A DNA stretch of 64,000 bases from Tubiluchus corallicola (GCA_030141605.1 JAQGDQ010000151.1:124001-188000), one strand, 5' to 3'; counted from the first letter of the stretch, positions 25,701-40,700 are shown. Numbers and translations: made by a program. Notes: generated by a model not told the origin, from the letters alone.

Positions 25701-28700
25701 GAGACACCATTTCCCAAAATTATACATTTTATCTGGAATGAAATGCAAATTCCTTAAATAAACTAATTGATTTCTTATCAAAATGTCAATTACAATTAAG
25801 TGAAATTAATCCAAGACTTTCAGTATATAACTAAATAAAATTAAACAAAATATACATACATCTTTGGCATCAAATCGTGAGTTACACAGAAAATTTGTCA
25901 ACACGCTATCACTGCTTTGAACACATTGAAACTTGAATGACAGGTATTTAAAACTAGGTCGCTAATATTGAAGCCAGATGTCACCACCTTACAAGTAAGA
26001 ATAGGTAAGTTAACTTAATCTAATCAAACACACATTTAACTATTATTAGTTAAAATGTAAGAAATGTAATCAAATGTAGAATTCTTTTGTACTCATAATT
26101 GTCTTTCATAAATAATTATGAATATGTAATTTTTGTGTTTGAAGAAATATTTTAATCTCTCTTGGGGTAAAACAAAATTTTCTCTGCATTAATTCAATTT
26201 CCTTAGCTATGAACTTTCCTAGATAGAACAAAACTTAATTAAATAGCATGTGTTGTTGAATAAACAAGGTGGTCTATCGTACATGTTAACCGTAACAAGA
26301 ATTACACAAGATTATTACGCAATCATAAAAAGCAATTGCATAAGATCATTACACAATCTTATAAACCAAATACACGAGATTATTGCACAATCCTTAGCGT
26401 GGCAAAGATTTTCACTTAATACGGTAACAAATATTAGAATATTTGCCGTGCGCTGTTGACACCTGGTATCAAACACGCATTTACTTGAATGAAAGTAGTA
26501 GTAGTAGTAGTAGTAAAAGTTGCTTGAGACCGTCACGTGATGCTAATGGAATGCAACCTGTCAGTAGTGTAATTATGCATGTACGCGCTGGCGCTCTGAT
26601 AGGGCTACTAAATAGGATAGGGTTTTTTTAACAACACGATAGGGTTACTAAATTAGGGCTAGAGCGAAATACTTCTGTTTGCGCTATTAATGGTAGTAAA
26701 GACTTTCACTTAATACAGAAACAAATATCCACTATCAGTGTTTAAGATTCTAAACCCACTTAAAGACAAATTTCATCCCAACAAGTTAAGGCTACTTAAT
26801 TAGGGTTTAGTCCTAAGGTTAGAGCTAAAGCAACCTCGCATGCACAAGCCTACATCACATTTCGCAACAAGTTAGGGTTAGAGTTAGGGTTAGTGGGTAA
26901 AGGTGAGGACTTGCACGCAACCGATTGTTGGTTCAAATCCCGCTTAAGCAAACTTTTATCTAGTTAGGATTAGAGCTAGGGTTAGCAACTAGTGTTAGGA
27001 TTAGTCATTATTTGGAGGGGGTTAGGGTAGTTCCATTATTTGGAGCGGTGAGCTAGGGTTAGCAGCTAGGGCTATGTTAGGAGTGTCCCAGGGGAACCCT
27101 AAATCGCCCAGATCGAGAACATCACCACTACTACTCTCTGTAAGAAACAGGCTCTTTTTCAAAATTTTATCCCAAGTTTTTTTTGATTCACAAATTATAA
27201 ATAATTTTTTATTACCAAAAATTTTTAGTACAAATATGTTTTACCATTTTTTCAGGAATTTACTTACACTACAGTCATAACTCTAGATTGCCACCTACAG
27301 TTCTTTCAGCAGGACTAAAATCTAGAAACTATCAAGCTGAAATTCTACTAATTGTTTCTGATTTCTACGGGGCATCTGTTGAAACTACATTCAACATTAC
27401 TGTGAGTCACTTTTGACTAATTAGCTACGTTTATGATCGTTGGTCTCCAGTAAAATAATAACAAACAATGTAAGCAAATTGTAATTGGTATTATTCTTGA
27501 TCTTTCTCCAGGAGGTACCAGTTTGGACTACACAGACTACACAAATTTAAAGGCTGCAAAACCGGTCAGGCACATAGCCAGGCGGCAGTGAATATCCGGA
27601 CTCCCCCATTCATTGAATCTTAAAAAAATTATGCACATTTTATATCATTCCTAACTGATACCCACAATTTGCATAGAGTGAGAGCAAGTGTGGTATACTT
27701 TATAAAATGTGTGTTTTAATGTAAGTTTAAATCATTACTCCTACAAGAAGCGTCACCTATCAGTGGATTGATTGTACGATCAATTCTCTATCCAATGATG
27801 TGCCACATGGCCGCCACTAGTACAGGGCTGCCACGCTACGACAGTTTTTTGGACCCATATCAGTGCCATACTTTTAATTTATAAAGCTGGTATCGACATG
27901 GTTTCCTTTAAACGATCTCTGAACGGAAGCCGTTAGTCGTACAGATGTTCTATATATCGTTGGATTCGCAATGGACCAGAATCAATCTAATGCGCTGTGT
28001 CAAAGTCGCGAGCCGATTTTTGTTTAACCTCAATACTGCAATAAATAGACTGTCTGGTCGAAAATTTGACGTTCAGGATCTGCTGTTATTTTCATTGTTC
28101 ATTGTCCGAGATATGCGCCTTTTTTGGAATAACTCAAAAACTAGATTGATACTTGACTAAATTTGGTCATATTTGTAGCTAGGGTAGAGCGCCAATTTAG
28201 CAGGCAATTGCGTGTCGTAACCCATTAACTCGTCTCAGTTATATGACCCAAAAAAACCCTCAAAATCTATCAATTTTTGATAAAACATTACTCCTGCAGG
28301 AAGCACCTCCTATTCAAACAAAAAAGTAAGTAAAGTACTATGCCTTGGCTATAGATACCCGCTCCGTTTTCTCGAGCCCTAAGTTGCTGCCGTTTTACAA
28401 GGCAATAAATTCCATACAATGCTTCCACTCTTTGAACGGAGGATGTAGGTCTTACAGAGGATTGCCATATACTATTGGATTTGCAATGAAACGTAGAATA
28501 AGGTGCTCTGTGCTAATATTTTTTTTGTCTTTTTTGTTTACCCGGACACTCATAAAACACATGACTTTCAATTTGTTCTGCAATATTTCCATTATTAACT
28601 GGCAAAATGACAAAAATGTTGCAAAATATGCACTGGCAAAGTGTACTATTATTTAAATACTTACTGCGCTATCCAGCGCAATTCTTATGCAATTTTGTAG

Positions 28701-31700
28701 CTGAACGAAACACTTGCAGTTTTCGCGCAGTGTATCTCTGATACTGCGTTTTATAGCTAACCGAATGTATTGCACACCCCTGTACGACTTAGAACTTCGT
28801 TTACACAGTGTCTCTAAACGTGCCGCCAAAACAGTTATGCTGTCGATATACATGGATACATGTTCCAAAGTGCGACACTAGCTATTGTCAGTACACAGTT
28901 AAATTAACGTGAAACCCCTTCATTGAAACCACATGGTTCCACGTTGAGACGTCTTCTAATTTTAAAATCCAGTACATTCCAGTTGGTAAAAAAAGGTGTG
29001 GCTACCATAATATGTATTTAATGTATAGAATTTTTGGCTTCATACCATGCATAGACTGTAGTCTGTGTGTGTCATGTAGCAATGCCTAAGTCCACGTAAG
29101 TTCACAACCATATAGGAAATTAAGCTGTCGGGAGATGATGTGTGGCGAAATATGTTGAAGTATGTATGATGAAGCTCAAACAAATTGGGGAAGAGTTGAA
29201 TTAAAAAATAAATCGTCAATACAAAAAGAAACTTGAATATTCGCTGCCAAAATACAGTGAAATTTGATCTTGCAAACTAAGAAGAATTTGCTTATCTGTT
29301 GGTGAAGTGGATATTTAGTGGAATCACAAAAATCAGTTTCCAAGGCTATAAATCTTGTATTTTTTGTTCTATTGACCATGAACTAGACTTCTTACTTAAC
29401 AAGTGCACTTTAATAACTGGAAAACTGTGATTACATGGTCTGTTAATAAATTCCACTTTAGCTGGTTTGTTCAATCTTACATTTATTGATTGTGAGTCTA
29501 TTATTTGTTCAACACTCTATGGCCAATTATAGTACTTACTCTGCCCAGTTTTTGTGAAAATTTCTTCATCTTCCAGGTTTGGCCGCATGAACTTTTGCTG
29601 CCTAGCCAGAACAACATCTCATCCATTACAGAGTCTTTCAACTTTCTAAAAACGTTTGTCATATCGAGCCCTAACAGCACCTGCAGGTTGGATACCATGA
29701 TTAAAGCAGGTGATTTTACTGGTCAGTATAAAAGCCTTGTATATATTTAGTTAGTCTAATATTGAGTTATGGCTTGTTCACATAGTTTTTCAAAAGAATG
29801 GTACTCAAAACATTAAACTCTGTCCATACAATCAGTTTCACTGACAATTACTTTGCACATAACTATTTGTTGAAGGTTGAACTTCTCTTTCTTTCTGAAT
29901 AGCACCAAAACGACTTGTATGAAACTGAGTTTTTAGCGGAAATGAAAAAAACGAACTTCAGCGTCAAAATGAATCAAGAAATTACTTTGAAATATTTCAG
30001 GTATTAAAAGCAGAAGCACGAATTGTTTTTTTTTAATTATAGTCCGATAACACCATTTATGTTCTGATACTGGACAAATTTTCATCTTTAAATAACGCAG
30101 AATAATTAGGTTGTCATAGCATCATCGCTTAATGTTTCCTCAAATCTAACATTTTTTATTTGTGAGGTTTTACTAAATTTCAACAAAATCACTCCCGTTT
30201 TTTGCTGGTACAGGTGGTCGATTGATTAGGACAATGGACAGTGAAGTCTGTAGCGTTACAACTACTCTCTGCCTGATTCTGATCTCACAGCCTCTTGCAG
30301 TGATTCAGACAGTTGTCATATATTGATCTTTTGTGCCTTCAGCTAATGAGGTGTTTTGTTGTTCTTTTGCATACTGAAAAATTGACACCTGCAGACAAAA
30401 ATAAAATTTCATTAGCTGGGGACTCAGTCCTTTTGAGGAGAACCAAAAATGATAAACAACAGTGACAAACCATTAAGAATGGTCAGCTCCTACATACTAA
30501 CTTGAACATAAGCATTTTTCATCCTGTCAAATTGACATTTGTTTAACCCCATGATAAATTAGTCCTTATTTTGTTAACAGCTGCTGCACGCATTATGTCA
30601 TCTGTGTCTGCTGAAGTAAATGCTATTGAAGCAGGACAAGATGCACTCAATACTCCACCAAACACCGTAGAAGATCTAGAAGCAATGAAAAACATATTGG
30701 AAACTAAATCTAAGGTAAACAAAATTAACATTTTGTCAGAGTATGTCAGAAATGCCCACATATAGGTTTTCTTCGGATTTGTTCATAGTCTTACCTATAA
30801 ATTTGTGTAATATTACAAAATGGTGATCAGAACTTTTTAGGCAATGAGTATCGTGAAAAAGACATCCTACTTACTTCATTTTATATTTTCTCTTAATGAG
30901 CCTTTCTCTTACGTGTATGATGCAAAACTTTCACTGAAATGCAAAATTTTCACTACGTTTAGAGAATTGCATTTGAATTTTTGTGGCAATGACAGTGTGA
31001 CTAAACTCCATCTCATTTCACAAACAGACTGAGAAATTGCCATTCCCATACATTCTCCGAGTGCAACACTACTCGCAGTAACTTTCTTCACTTCTAGGGC
31101 ATTTTTTAAGTCATTCGTATAATTTCAGGTGAGAACAATAATAGTGAAATCCATATCAAAACTACCAATTTACAGCTTCAATGCAGCCAAGCAGTCAGCC
31201 AATTTACTAAACCAGACATTAGGCACATCCACAGATTTTACGCCAAAATTACAGGTGAGTCTTTCCTTAATTGATAGATGACACTGCCCAACAAAACCCT
31301 GCTGAAATCGCCGAACCAATTAACCCATAACAATAACCTTTGAAATGTTAGTCTTTGTTTTATGGTATTTCACTGATTCTGTGTTTATTTGCATTAGAGC
31401 TGAAATGTTTTAAAGGTGCAATGGTAAAGCGCTTACTTTTTCTAAATTTTAGTTAGCAAATTGGATATTATTTTAATCTGTACATCATGGGAATATTCAC
31501 TGTATATCTTCTTGACATTTGGTAGAGTATATAAGTCTATTATTAGCACACATTTTTATGAGTAGCTTTTGCCAGTATGTAGGTTTTTCTGAATTGGCCT
31601 CAACCAGTAATTCCAAACTAGTACAAGGTATCCCAAAAAAACTTTGCAGTGGTAATAGACAAAATTAACTTGGAATTATGCATTATTATACCATAATGTC

Positions 31701-34700
31701 ATAAAGATAATTTTACACTTTTGTGCCATTATTGCAATTTTCCTACCCTATAAATTTGTAAGACCACAATTATTAGTGCGGCCATTGTGGTTATTATTAG
31801 ACTTGCATAATATTTTTAAGCTTATAGTATTGTCAATGAATGTTTTTTGGAACATTCAATTCATTACACATATATGAGAGAAATTTATGTATGCTAAGCA
31901 GTAGTTAGTTTTTCACATTACATTTTGTTAAAGCAAACGCATTTGTTATAAATTTTTAACAACCTTAAACTGAGCTCTTTTAGATTCGAACGAAATTTTT
32001 GCAAAATCAAAAATTTACTGAAAGTGCTCCTGCCTAAAGGTTGTTATATTAAACATGAACAGAATTTGTGAAGTACTCATACTGCTGTCATTGGCTGTAA
32101 CAGGAAACTAAGGGCCTTGCAAAAACTGTGTATCTTTTCAACAGAAAATTCAACACTTCTAGCAAAAATTGTTTAAACATTTTATAGCATAAATAATATT
32201 ATACAGGCCAGGATTGAAAACATTTTGCTTTTTTCTAGACATTACTGGACACAAACTAGCATAATAAAGTGACAGAGTTTAAACTTTCTCAGTCCTTGAT
32301 GGCAAAAACGTCCAAATGCTAAGAACTTTATCATACCACAGTATGTATGCCTATTGGATGTAGGCTATAGTAAAAACTGCACAATAAGATTTTGCTTTGT
32401 TCAATGTTGTTCTACTGCTTTACGCATACTTAATTGCCTTACATTGCTTAGTCTTTTTGTGACTTTTTGTTTACAGATTAAAAGTTTGAGTGTTTTTGAG
32501 CAAATTGCAACCTTTATGGGAAAATATGCAGTAGAAGCAGATGCAGATGAATTGAAAGAGTCTACAAAGTATGTATGAACATTGTTTTGCTAAATATTTT
32601 TCTTAACTACAAATTTGCTCACTACTGTCAAAAAATCTGCATAAATTTATAAATACTGCAATTTCGGTTTTGTTTTGCATATGCGTAAATCTTCAACATG
32701 TATTTTATTTTGGCGCCAAGCTGATTTGCAAGGTATGTACAATTGTAAATATATTGGACACAACATTTGGGGCTTGGAAAAATTTGGCACTGCTATTTTT
32801 GCACCGAACACGTGGGCACGAGACATTTATGGTCCCAGCACCGACGCACAAGGCGATTGCGGTTCTGTTTTGTGCTACATATTTTGCTGCCTAATAGGCT
32901 GAATTTATTTTGGAATTCCTCCTTTAATATCTGATAGTCATACTTTGTGACTTTTACAATATCTACAGTAATTTTTTCTGAAGCATCTTAAGCATCTAAA
33001 AAACGTTTTTGTAAGAAACGAAATAATATTATGATTTTCGTGAGTACGACCGTAATAATACAGGAAACAACTAGGTATTGTAACTAAAAACAAGGCTGCT
33101 GAACGTATAATGTTGTAACGGAAGCGAAATGCCAATTATTTTCGACCCCTCTCTACATTGTGATGGCCTCGTCTGTTCGAAGCCATTGCATAGTGGGGTT
33201 GAATACTGGGTATGAAACAGTCGCTATGCCCCATTGATTCAGCAAGGTGTGTTTACCAGCTAAGCACCTGTTCTGTAATTGCAACCAGCATAAGGCACAC
33301 GTGATGATGTCTGGCAGTTTCTTCTTATAAATTTCCTGTTCAATTTGCATTTTTTACATCATCACTACTGGGCATATGGCACTAGATTGCAACAATCCAG
33401 TATTGAACGCTGAACCTCTTGACCACCGTCACTACTGGGATTATAACACAATGAAGGTTGTGACATTCCAGTAGTCTTTACAGTATTATCATGTATTTCA
33501 CAAGTGATACAGCAAAAACATTTACAGTCTTAACATTGATAGGTATACAGTATTTAATTTGCTTGCTAACTAATCTAACTAGTTGTTCTGGAACTAACAG
33601 CTAGTTATAACCAACAAATGAACTAAACATCGCATTCTAGATCAGTTTTTTTTTCAAAAAAACGCAATGCGTTCAGTGAATATAGTGCGTTGTCATATAA
33701 CACTAGTTTTGGTGCGAACGAATTTTTTGTGTCGTGCATTTCTGTTATTTACTGATTCACTAGCTATTTCTGAAATGAAACTCTGTCATGTTTTGACAAA
33801 ATGCTAATGTAAACTTGTAGAGTCTCCTTTCATTTTATAAATAACACACAAAATACCGAATTAAAATGAAAAATTAGAATGTGTAAAGTCATTTGATTAT
33901 CATATTATTATCTTATTCTGCTGCAGTTAACTGTTTGACATTGTTTAATTTGGTGAATCCATGATTCTTAAAAAATTTAATAATTTCCTAAGTAAAAATA
34001 AAAATAGGTACAACATCAAATTTTATTGGTGCTCAAATGTCTCTGTGCCCAAATGTCCCATGTGGAAATGTGTCTTCCCCAAGTCTCTGTGTCCAAATGT
34101 CTGGTGGTCAATTTGGCCGGTCTGCTCGTTAGTTTTTATAGATACGCAAATTACAGATACAAAATGTTTTATAATTAATTCAGTGATGCAAAAAGCCACA
34201 GTTTGGTGCAATGCATTCTTCTGGTGTCATGTTTTATTTTGCAGTTTGCTGTACAGAAACTATTTGCATTTGATTACCTCTCGATAGCTTGTTTTCGCTT
34301 GACTCGATCTTTGATCAACAAGGGGGTTCAAGACAACTATATCACCTCTAAGTATACTCTTGCCAGCTGTCACACAGAACATATGGTGTACACAAGCATA
34401 TCGCTTTTGCAAAATTTGCTTAGTTAATCTGGTCCAATTCAAACAGTTTTGAATCGTTTTGGGTGACATGAAGTTGAGCTATGCTATTGATAAACTGAGG
34501 ACTTCATACTTATTTGAATTGCTCTTTCCAGATTCGTTGTTACTGGAGTTGCAAACATTTTTAGTTATTCAATAAATCAAACTCTAAAAGCTGTACAGGG
34601 CAACAGAGATGAGCTTGGCATAGGAAAACCTGTGGTCATTCCCGACACTCGGTCCACAGAAGAGATAATAGAGCAAGTAAGGTTTCAGCTGATTAAGCAT

Positions 34701-37700
34701 ATATAATTTCAATGACTGCAATTCTAATTGTTGTTCACTTGCATTTAAAGTGCAAGTATCAAATTAGAATATGACATCAGTTTGTGAAAGAATTTGATTA
34801 AAATGAAAAAAGCTGAGTTACACTTTATTAATTTATTAGTCACTTATCTATTGTGAAAGTGTGTTGTTGGTATGCACACATTGTAGTTTCTATTTTTGTA
34901 TTTTTAAACTTCAGTGCTTTTTCTGCTTTATGTTCTTGGATGCAGTTTTTCTTTTTGTCATTTAAAAATTCATTGTGCTCGAATATTTATCCGAGTGGTA
35001 TGCTGGGCTTTCAGTACACCAGCAGTTTAACTTGTACGGGATTATTCTTTTATTAAATATTTTGTGTTTTTCTCTATCTTTGATAATTCAGTTTTATTAG
35101 CTCTTACTGTTATTTGCTATCACACAAGCTATGCTTAGTGTGCTATCGACCATTTATTTTTTCTGGAACGGGACTAAATACTGATATGGCAAAATACGCA
35201 GTACACTCTTGGATACTGGTTTAACAGTATTTATTGATAATTTTAAATTATTTCTTGGCAAAATTCTCAACAACATTTTATATTGTATTATTTAGCAAAA
35301 GAACATAACAAAGAGGTTTGTGTACTTTACTGATTTGGTTTCTGAGACAATTTTTTTGAATGCCATTCCGGGGGATGAGCCAGTTATCCTTAACACGGTG
35401 CCTCTTACTCTTAGTCTTGAGCGTCAGAGAGCACGTCATTTAAGAGGTAACTGTGCTATGATGCTTTTTTCACATGGCAACACTGTTAAAAATGGATTAA
35501 CTATCATTATATGTGTAATTTTATTACTAAAACATTTTTAGGGATAAAGCTCTACTGTTTTCAACTGATATGTATGTTAGTTCAGTTTTTGTTGGCTAAT
35601 GTGATGTGCCAGTCTTAGTGCAAATGATAATCACTAATTAGCATTATGCTGACTCAAGTAAAGGAGAACCACAATAACTCAATGATTTTTATATGTAGTA
35701 TGATATGCATTTCCCTGTGGTTTGGTAATTACCTATTTAATTGATATGAGAAAAAGCTTAACACAAAAGCTTAGGACTTGTAAATGAAAAACAAACATAT
35801 TTGTATGAAATGCAAAGCTTTTTCATTGTATAAGGCTTACTAAAATGGCTGGATGACTACTGGGAGATCATTTCTGAACACTTTAATTTTCCGTACTGGC
35901 CCTGGCTGTTTTATTATAGGAAAAATGTATATAAACCTGCACCTGCAAGTGGCTTTACGGTAAATCCCTGTGACTACAACTATTCATCTGTAAACTCTGC
36001 ATTGGGAGGCGCCGTGGTATGGGAGTGGCTTTGGTCATGAAGCAGAGCTGGAGTACCAGAATAATGCATAGTTGTATATACTTAGTGTGTTATCATTTTT
36101 TGGCTTGCCGAAACACACACACCTACACACCTGCACTCAGGTGCGTCCTCACACACACATTAAGTGAAACACACGCCTGCACTCAGGTGCACACTCACTC
36201 ACACGTTAAGTGAAACACACACACACACCTGCACTCAGGTGCGCCCTCACACACACATTAAGTGAAACACACGCCTGCACTCAGGTGCACCTCACTCACA
36301 CGTTAAGTGAAACACACACACACACCTGCACTCAGGTGCGCCCTCACTCACACATTAAGTGAAACACACACACACACCTGCACTCAAGTGCGCCCTCACT
36401 TACACATTAAGTGAAACACACACACACCTGCACTCAGGTGCGCCCTCACTCACACATTAAGTGAAACACACACACACACCTGCACTCAGGTGCACCCTCA
36501 CTCACACATTAAGTGAAACACACACACACACCTGCACTTGGGTGCACCCTCACTCACACATTAAGTGAAACACACACACACACCTGCACTCAGGTGCGCC
36601 CTCACTCACACATTAAGTGAAACACACACACACACACACCTGCACTCAGGTGCGCCCTCCCTCACACATTAAGTGAAACACACACACACACACACACACA
36701 CACCTGCACTCAGGTGCACCCTCACTCACACATTAAGTGAAACACACACACACACCTGCACTCAGGTGCACCCTCACTCACACATTAAGTGAAACACACA
36801 CACCTGCACTCAGGTGCACCCTCACTCACATATTAATTGAAACACACACACACACCTGCACTCAGGTGTGCCCTCACTCACACATTAAGTGAAACACACA
36901 CACACACACCTGCACTCAGGTGCGCCCTCACTCACACGTTAAGTGAAACACACACACACCTGCACTCAGGTGCGCCCTCACTCACACATTAAGTGAAACA
37001 CACACACCTGCACTCAGGTGCGCCCTCACTCACACATTAAGTGAAACACACACACACCTGCACTCAGGTGCGCCCTCACTCACACATTAAGTGAAACACA
37101 CACACCTGCATCTACCTGCATCAGGGCCCTCACTCACATAATTAACACACACACACCTGCACTCAGGTGCGCCCTCACTCACACATTAAGTGAAACACAC
37201 ACACACCTGCACTCAGGTGCGCCCTCACTCACACATTAAGTGAAACACACACACACACCTGCACTCAGGTGCGCCCTCACTCACACATTAAGTGAAACAC
37301 ACACACACACACACCTGCACTCAGGTGCGCCCTCACACACACATTAAGTGAAACACACGCCTGCACTCAGGTGAACCTCACTCACACGTTAAGTGAAACA
37401 CACACACACACCTGCACTCAGGTGCGCCCTCACTCACACATTAAGTGACACACACACACACACACCTGCACTCAGGTGCGCCCTCACTCACACATTAAGT
37501 GAAACACACACACACCTGCACTCAGGTGCGCCCTCACTCACACATTAAGTGAAACACACACACACACCTGCACTCAGGTGCACCCTCACTCACACATTAA
37601 GTGAAACACACACACACACCTGCACTCGGGTGCGCCCTCACTCACACATTAAGTGAAACACACACACACCTGCACTCAGGTGCGCCCTCACTCACACATT

Positions 37701-40700
37701 AAGTGAAACACACACACACACCTGCACTCAGGTGCGCCCTCACTCACACATTAAGTGAAACACACACACACACCTGCACTCAGGTGCACCCTCACTCACA
37801 CATTAAGTGAAACACACACACACACCTGCACTCAGGTGCACCCTCACTCACACATTAATTGAAACACACACACACACCTGCACTCAGGTGTGCCCTCACT
37901 CACACATTAAGTGAAACACACACACACCTGCACTCAGGTGCGCCCTCACTCACACGTTAAGTGAAACACACACACACCTGCACTCAGGTGCGCCCTCACT
38001 CACACATTAAGTGAAACACACACCTGCACTCAGGTGCGCCCACTCACACATTAAGTGAAACACACACCTGCACCAGGTGCGCCCTCACTCACACAGTGAA
38101 ATGAAACACACACACACGCACCTGCGCCCTCACTCACACATTAAGTGAAACACACACACCTGCACTCAGGTGTGCCCTCACTCACACATTAAGTGAAACA
38201 CACACACACCTGCACTCAGGTGCGCCCTCACTCACACATTAAGTGAAACACACACACACACACACACCTGCACTCAGGTGCGCCCTCACTCACACATTAA
38301 GTGAAACACACACACACTTGCACTCAGGTGCGCCCTCACTCACATATTAAGTGAAACACACACACACCTGCACTCAGGTGCGCCCTCACTCACACATTAA
38401 GTGAAACACACACACCTGCACTCAGGTGTGCCCTCACTCACACATTAAGTGAAACACACACACACCTGCACTCAGGTGCGCCCTCACTCACACATTAAGT
38501 GAAACACACACACACTTGCACTCAGGTGCGCCCTCACTCACATATTAAGTGAAACACACACACACACCTGCACTCAGGTGCGCCCTCACTCACACATTAA
38601 GTGAAACACACTCACACACACCTGCACTCAGGTGCGCCCTCACTCACACATTAAGTGAAACACACACACCAGAAGTTAGATGACAGAGGTAATAATTACT
38701 GACAGTAACATTTAAATTCTTACTACTACTCCTGTGCCTTTCTTAGTTTGTGAAATGTTGAACTTCTTTGTTAATATTTCAGGATCTGAGGTGACCATTG
38801 AAGGTGACTCGCACTTTAAATTACCCTCTAGATTAACATTCCTTGATGGAGAAGATAGTGAAGTTCATGACATCAAGGTTGTTACCATATGATACATAAT
38901 TGTTAAAGTTGTGACATTCATTTAAAATTTAATTGTTCTACATGAAAAACTGTAAATGTTATTTATTATTCGATATTTCAAAGAATAAATTCAGAGTCGC
39001 CAACTGGAGTTGTTCGGCTTAGACATAGACATCAATAACTTGACTTGCAACTCAACATAAAGACTTTTTCTGACGTCTGCGTATACTTAAGTGCTTGAAC
39101 TTGTTTTTTTATTGTTAAAAACATTGAATAAGCAATATCTAGATATTAATTATGTAAATATAAACAAAAAGTTTACTTCTTGTGCTACAGCTGAAATTAG
39201 CATACAGTGCCATACTCGCTTTGTTCACAACTAAATATTTGACTTGGGTCCTCCTAGGTTGTGGTTTTGCACATTTCTCCACAAAATATTGTATTTTCAT
39301 TCAGAATGAGCAAAAACAAATAAGTTATTGCAGTTTAAGTATTGATTTTATTGTAAAAGTTGCTCTTCTGTCCTGGAATTATGAAACTTACAGTCCTTCT
39401 TGCAATGCCTTTTCATAGATATGTGTTTATTTAAATGTCTTACAACAACAAAGATATTAGACATATTATAACAGAGATTTTAGACTTTGGATCAGTGGCA
39501 TGAAAAACCTGTTAAATAATCGGAGTGAATAAGGAAATTTCAATCAGGCAATATGAAAATCTCATAATAACGGCTTATTTAAATGAAAATCATAGAACTA
39601 TAAACAATTATTAAATTTTGTCCTGTTGTAAATAAGGGCAAACTGCATGAACACAATTGTTATACGTTAAATTTAAAATTCTGTTTTTGTGATAGCTTCG
39701 TAACTGAATGAAAAACAGAAAAGCTTTACTACTAGAAAACATTCAAATTTGTTGACACATTTACAGGTTGTAAACCTACGCACTAACCCATACAACTGGG
39801 ATAACACTTCAAAGCTGGTAAATACATCCGTTGTCAGCATAGATGTTAGACAAAAGCACGGTGACACTGACCATGAGGGGCATTTGACAGATCCCATGCA
39901 TTATTTCTTAGAAATACCAGGTATAGCTGCATGCATGTGAACTATTGCTTTTTCTATAAGTCTGGTGTCAACAGGAAAAGAGCTGTAAAGTTTGATTGTT
40001 TAAAAATGATTTAGGAGTTTTATAATTTTAAAATTATAGCTAAGGAGTGCAGGAATTCAGTTGGCATCCGTAAAAGTTAAATACTTTTTACAGTTTATTC
40101 ATATAAATCTTTCAGTAAGCATATGTCTTCTGTCTTTATCCAGTGCAATGTGCTCTTCCATTCCTTTAGGAGACAATTTTTTTACTTTTGATACAAATGG
40201 TTACATTGTTCTTTAAAAACACTGTTTGCTCTTTCTCTTAAAGTGACAATAGGAAATTTCATTCCTTAGCAAGAGGATGTCATTTTTATCGGACAATTGC
40301 AGTGAAGCAATCTTAAAGATTGGGCATGTAACAATTGCAAATTTCAATAGTAAATTGGTATTTCAAGTTTTTACAGTACCAGTACTTTTACAGTCTGTAT
40401 AGTGCCAGTATTTACCGTTTTTCAATGTAAAATAACTGAAGTAGCAACCTGTTATAGGTTAAGCAGTATGTTATAGATTGGATGTTTCACTAGCATTCTT
40501 CATCTAACAGTTTTTTATGTAGTATTCATGTAAGGACTTCCACAATTAATATAAATTTACTTGTGAGTGTTTTAGGCTTTATTAACATTTAAATTAAATC
40601 AGCCTTACAGCTTTTGCTTCTGGTTTTTCACATTCTTCGTTACAAGCAAAAATGAAAAGCAGGTACATTTATAAACTCAATGTTTTATTGGTCTTAATTG

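Larger units (their letters stand above)
19199..26063 (-). mobile_element. BEL/Pao LTR retrotransposon, decayed, about 6.9 kb
   Basis: Domain order on the minus strand: gag ([14 protein letters not shown]), zinc knuckles ([15 protein letters not shown]), protease (ALLDPGS), RT (WFLPHF, RIVFDA, GPDLTN, NFYEDD), Pao RNase H, integrase ([16 protein letters not shown]), C-terminal domain. Direct LTRs starting tgtttgggtttta at 19199 and 25575. Many frameshifts. Confidence 0.95.

Noticed and set aside
26790-27075. True telomere or chromosome fusion site
   Set aside because: Repeats are short, degenerate, single-orientation and embedded in a dispersed element.
36112-38670. CRISPR-like array (palindromic repeat plus variable spacer)
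   Set aside because: Spacers are only (CA)n length variants rather than unique sequences, there are no cas genes, and the context is a eukaryotic intron.
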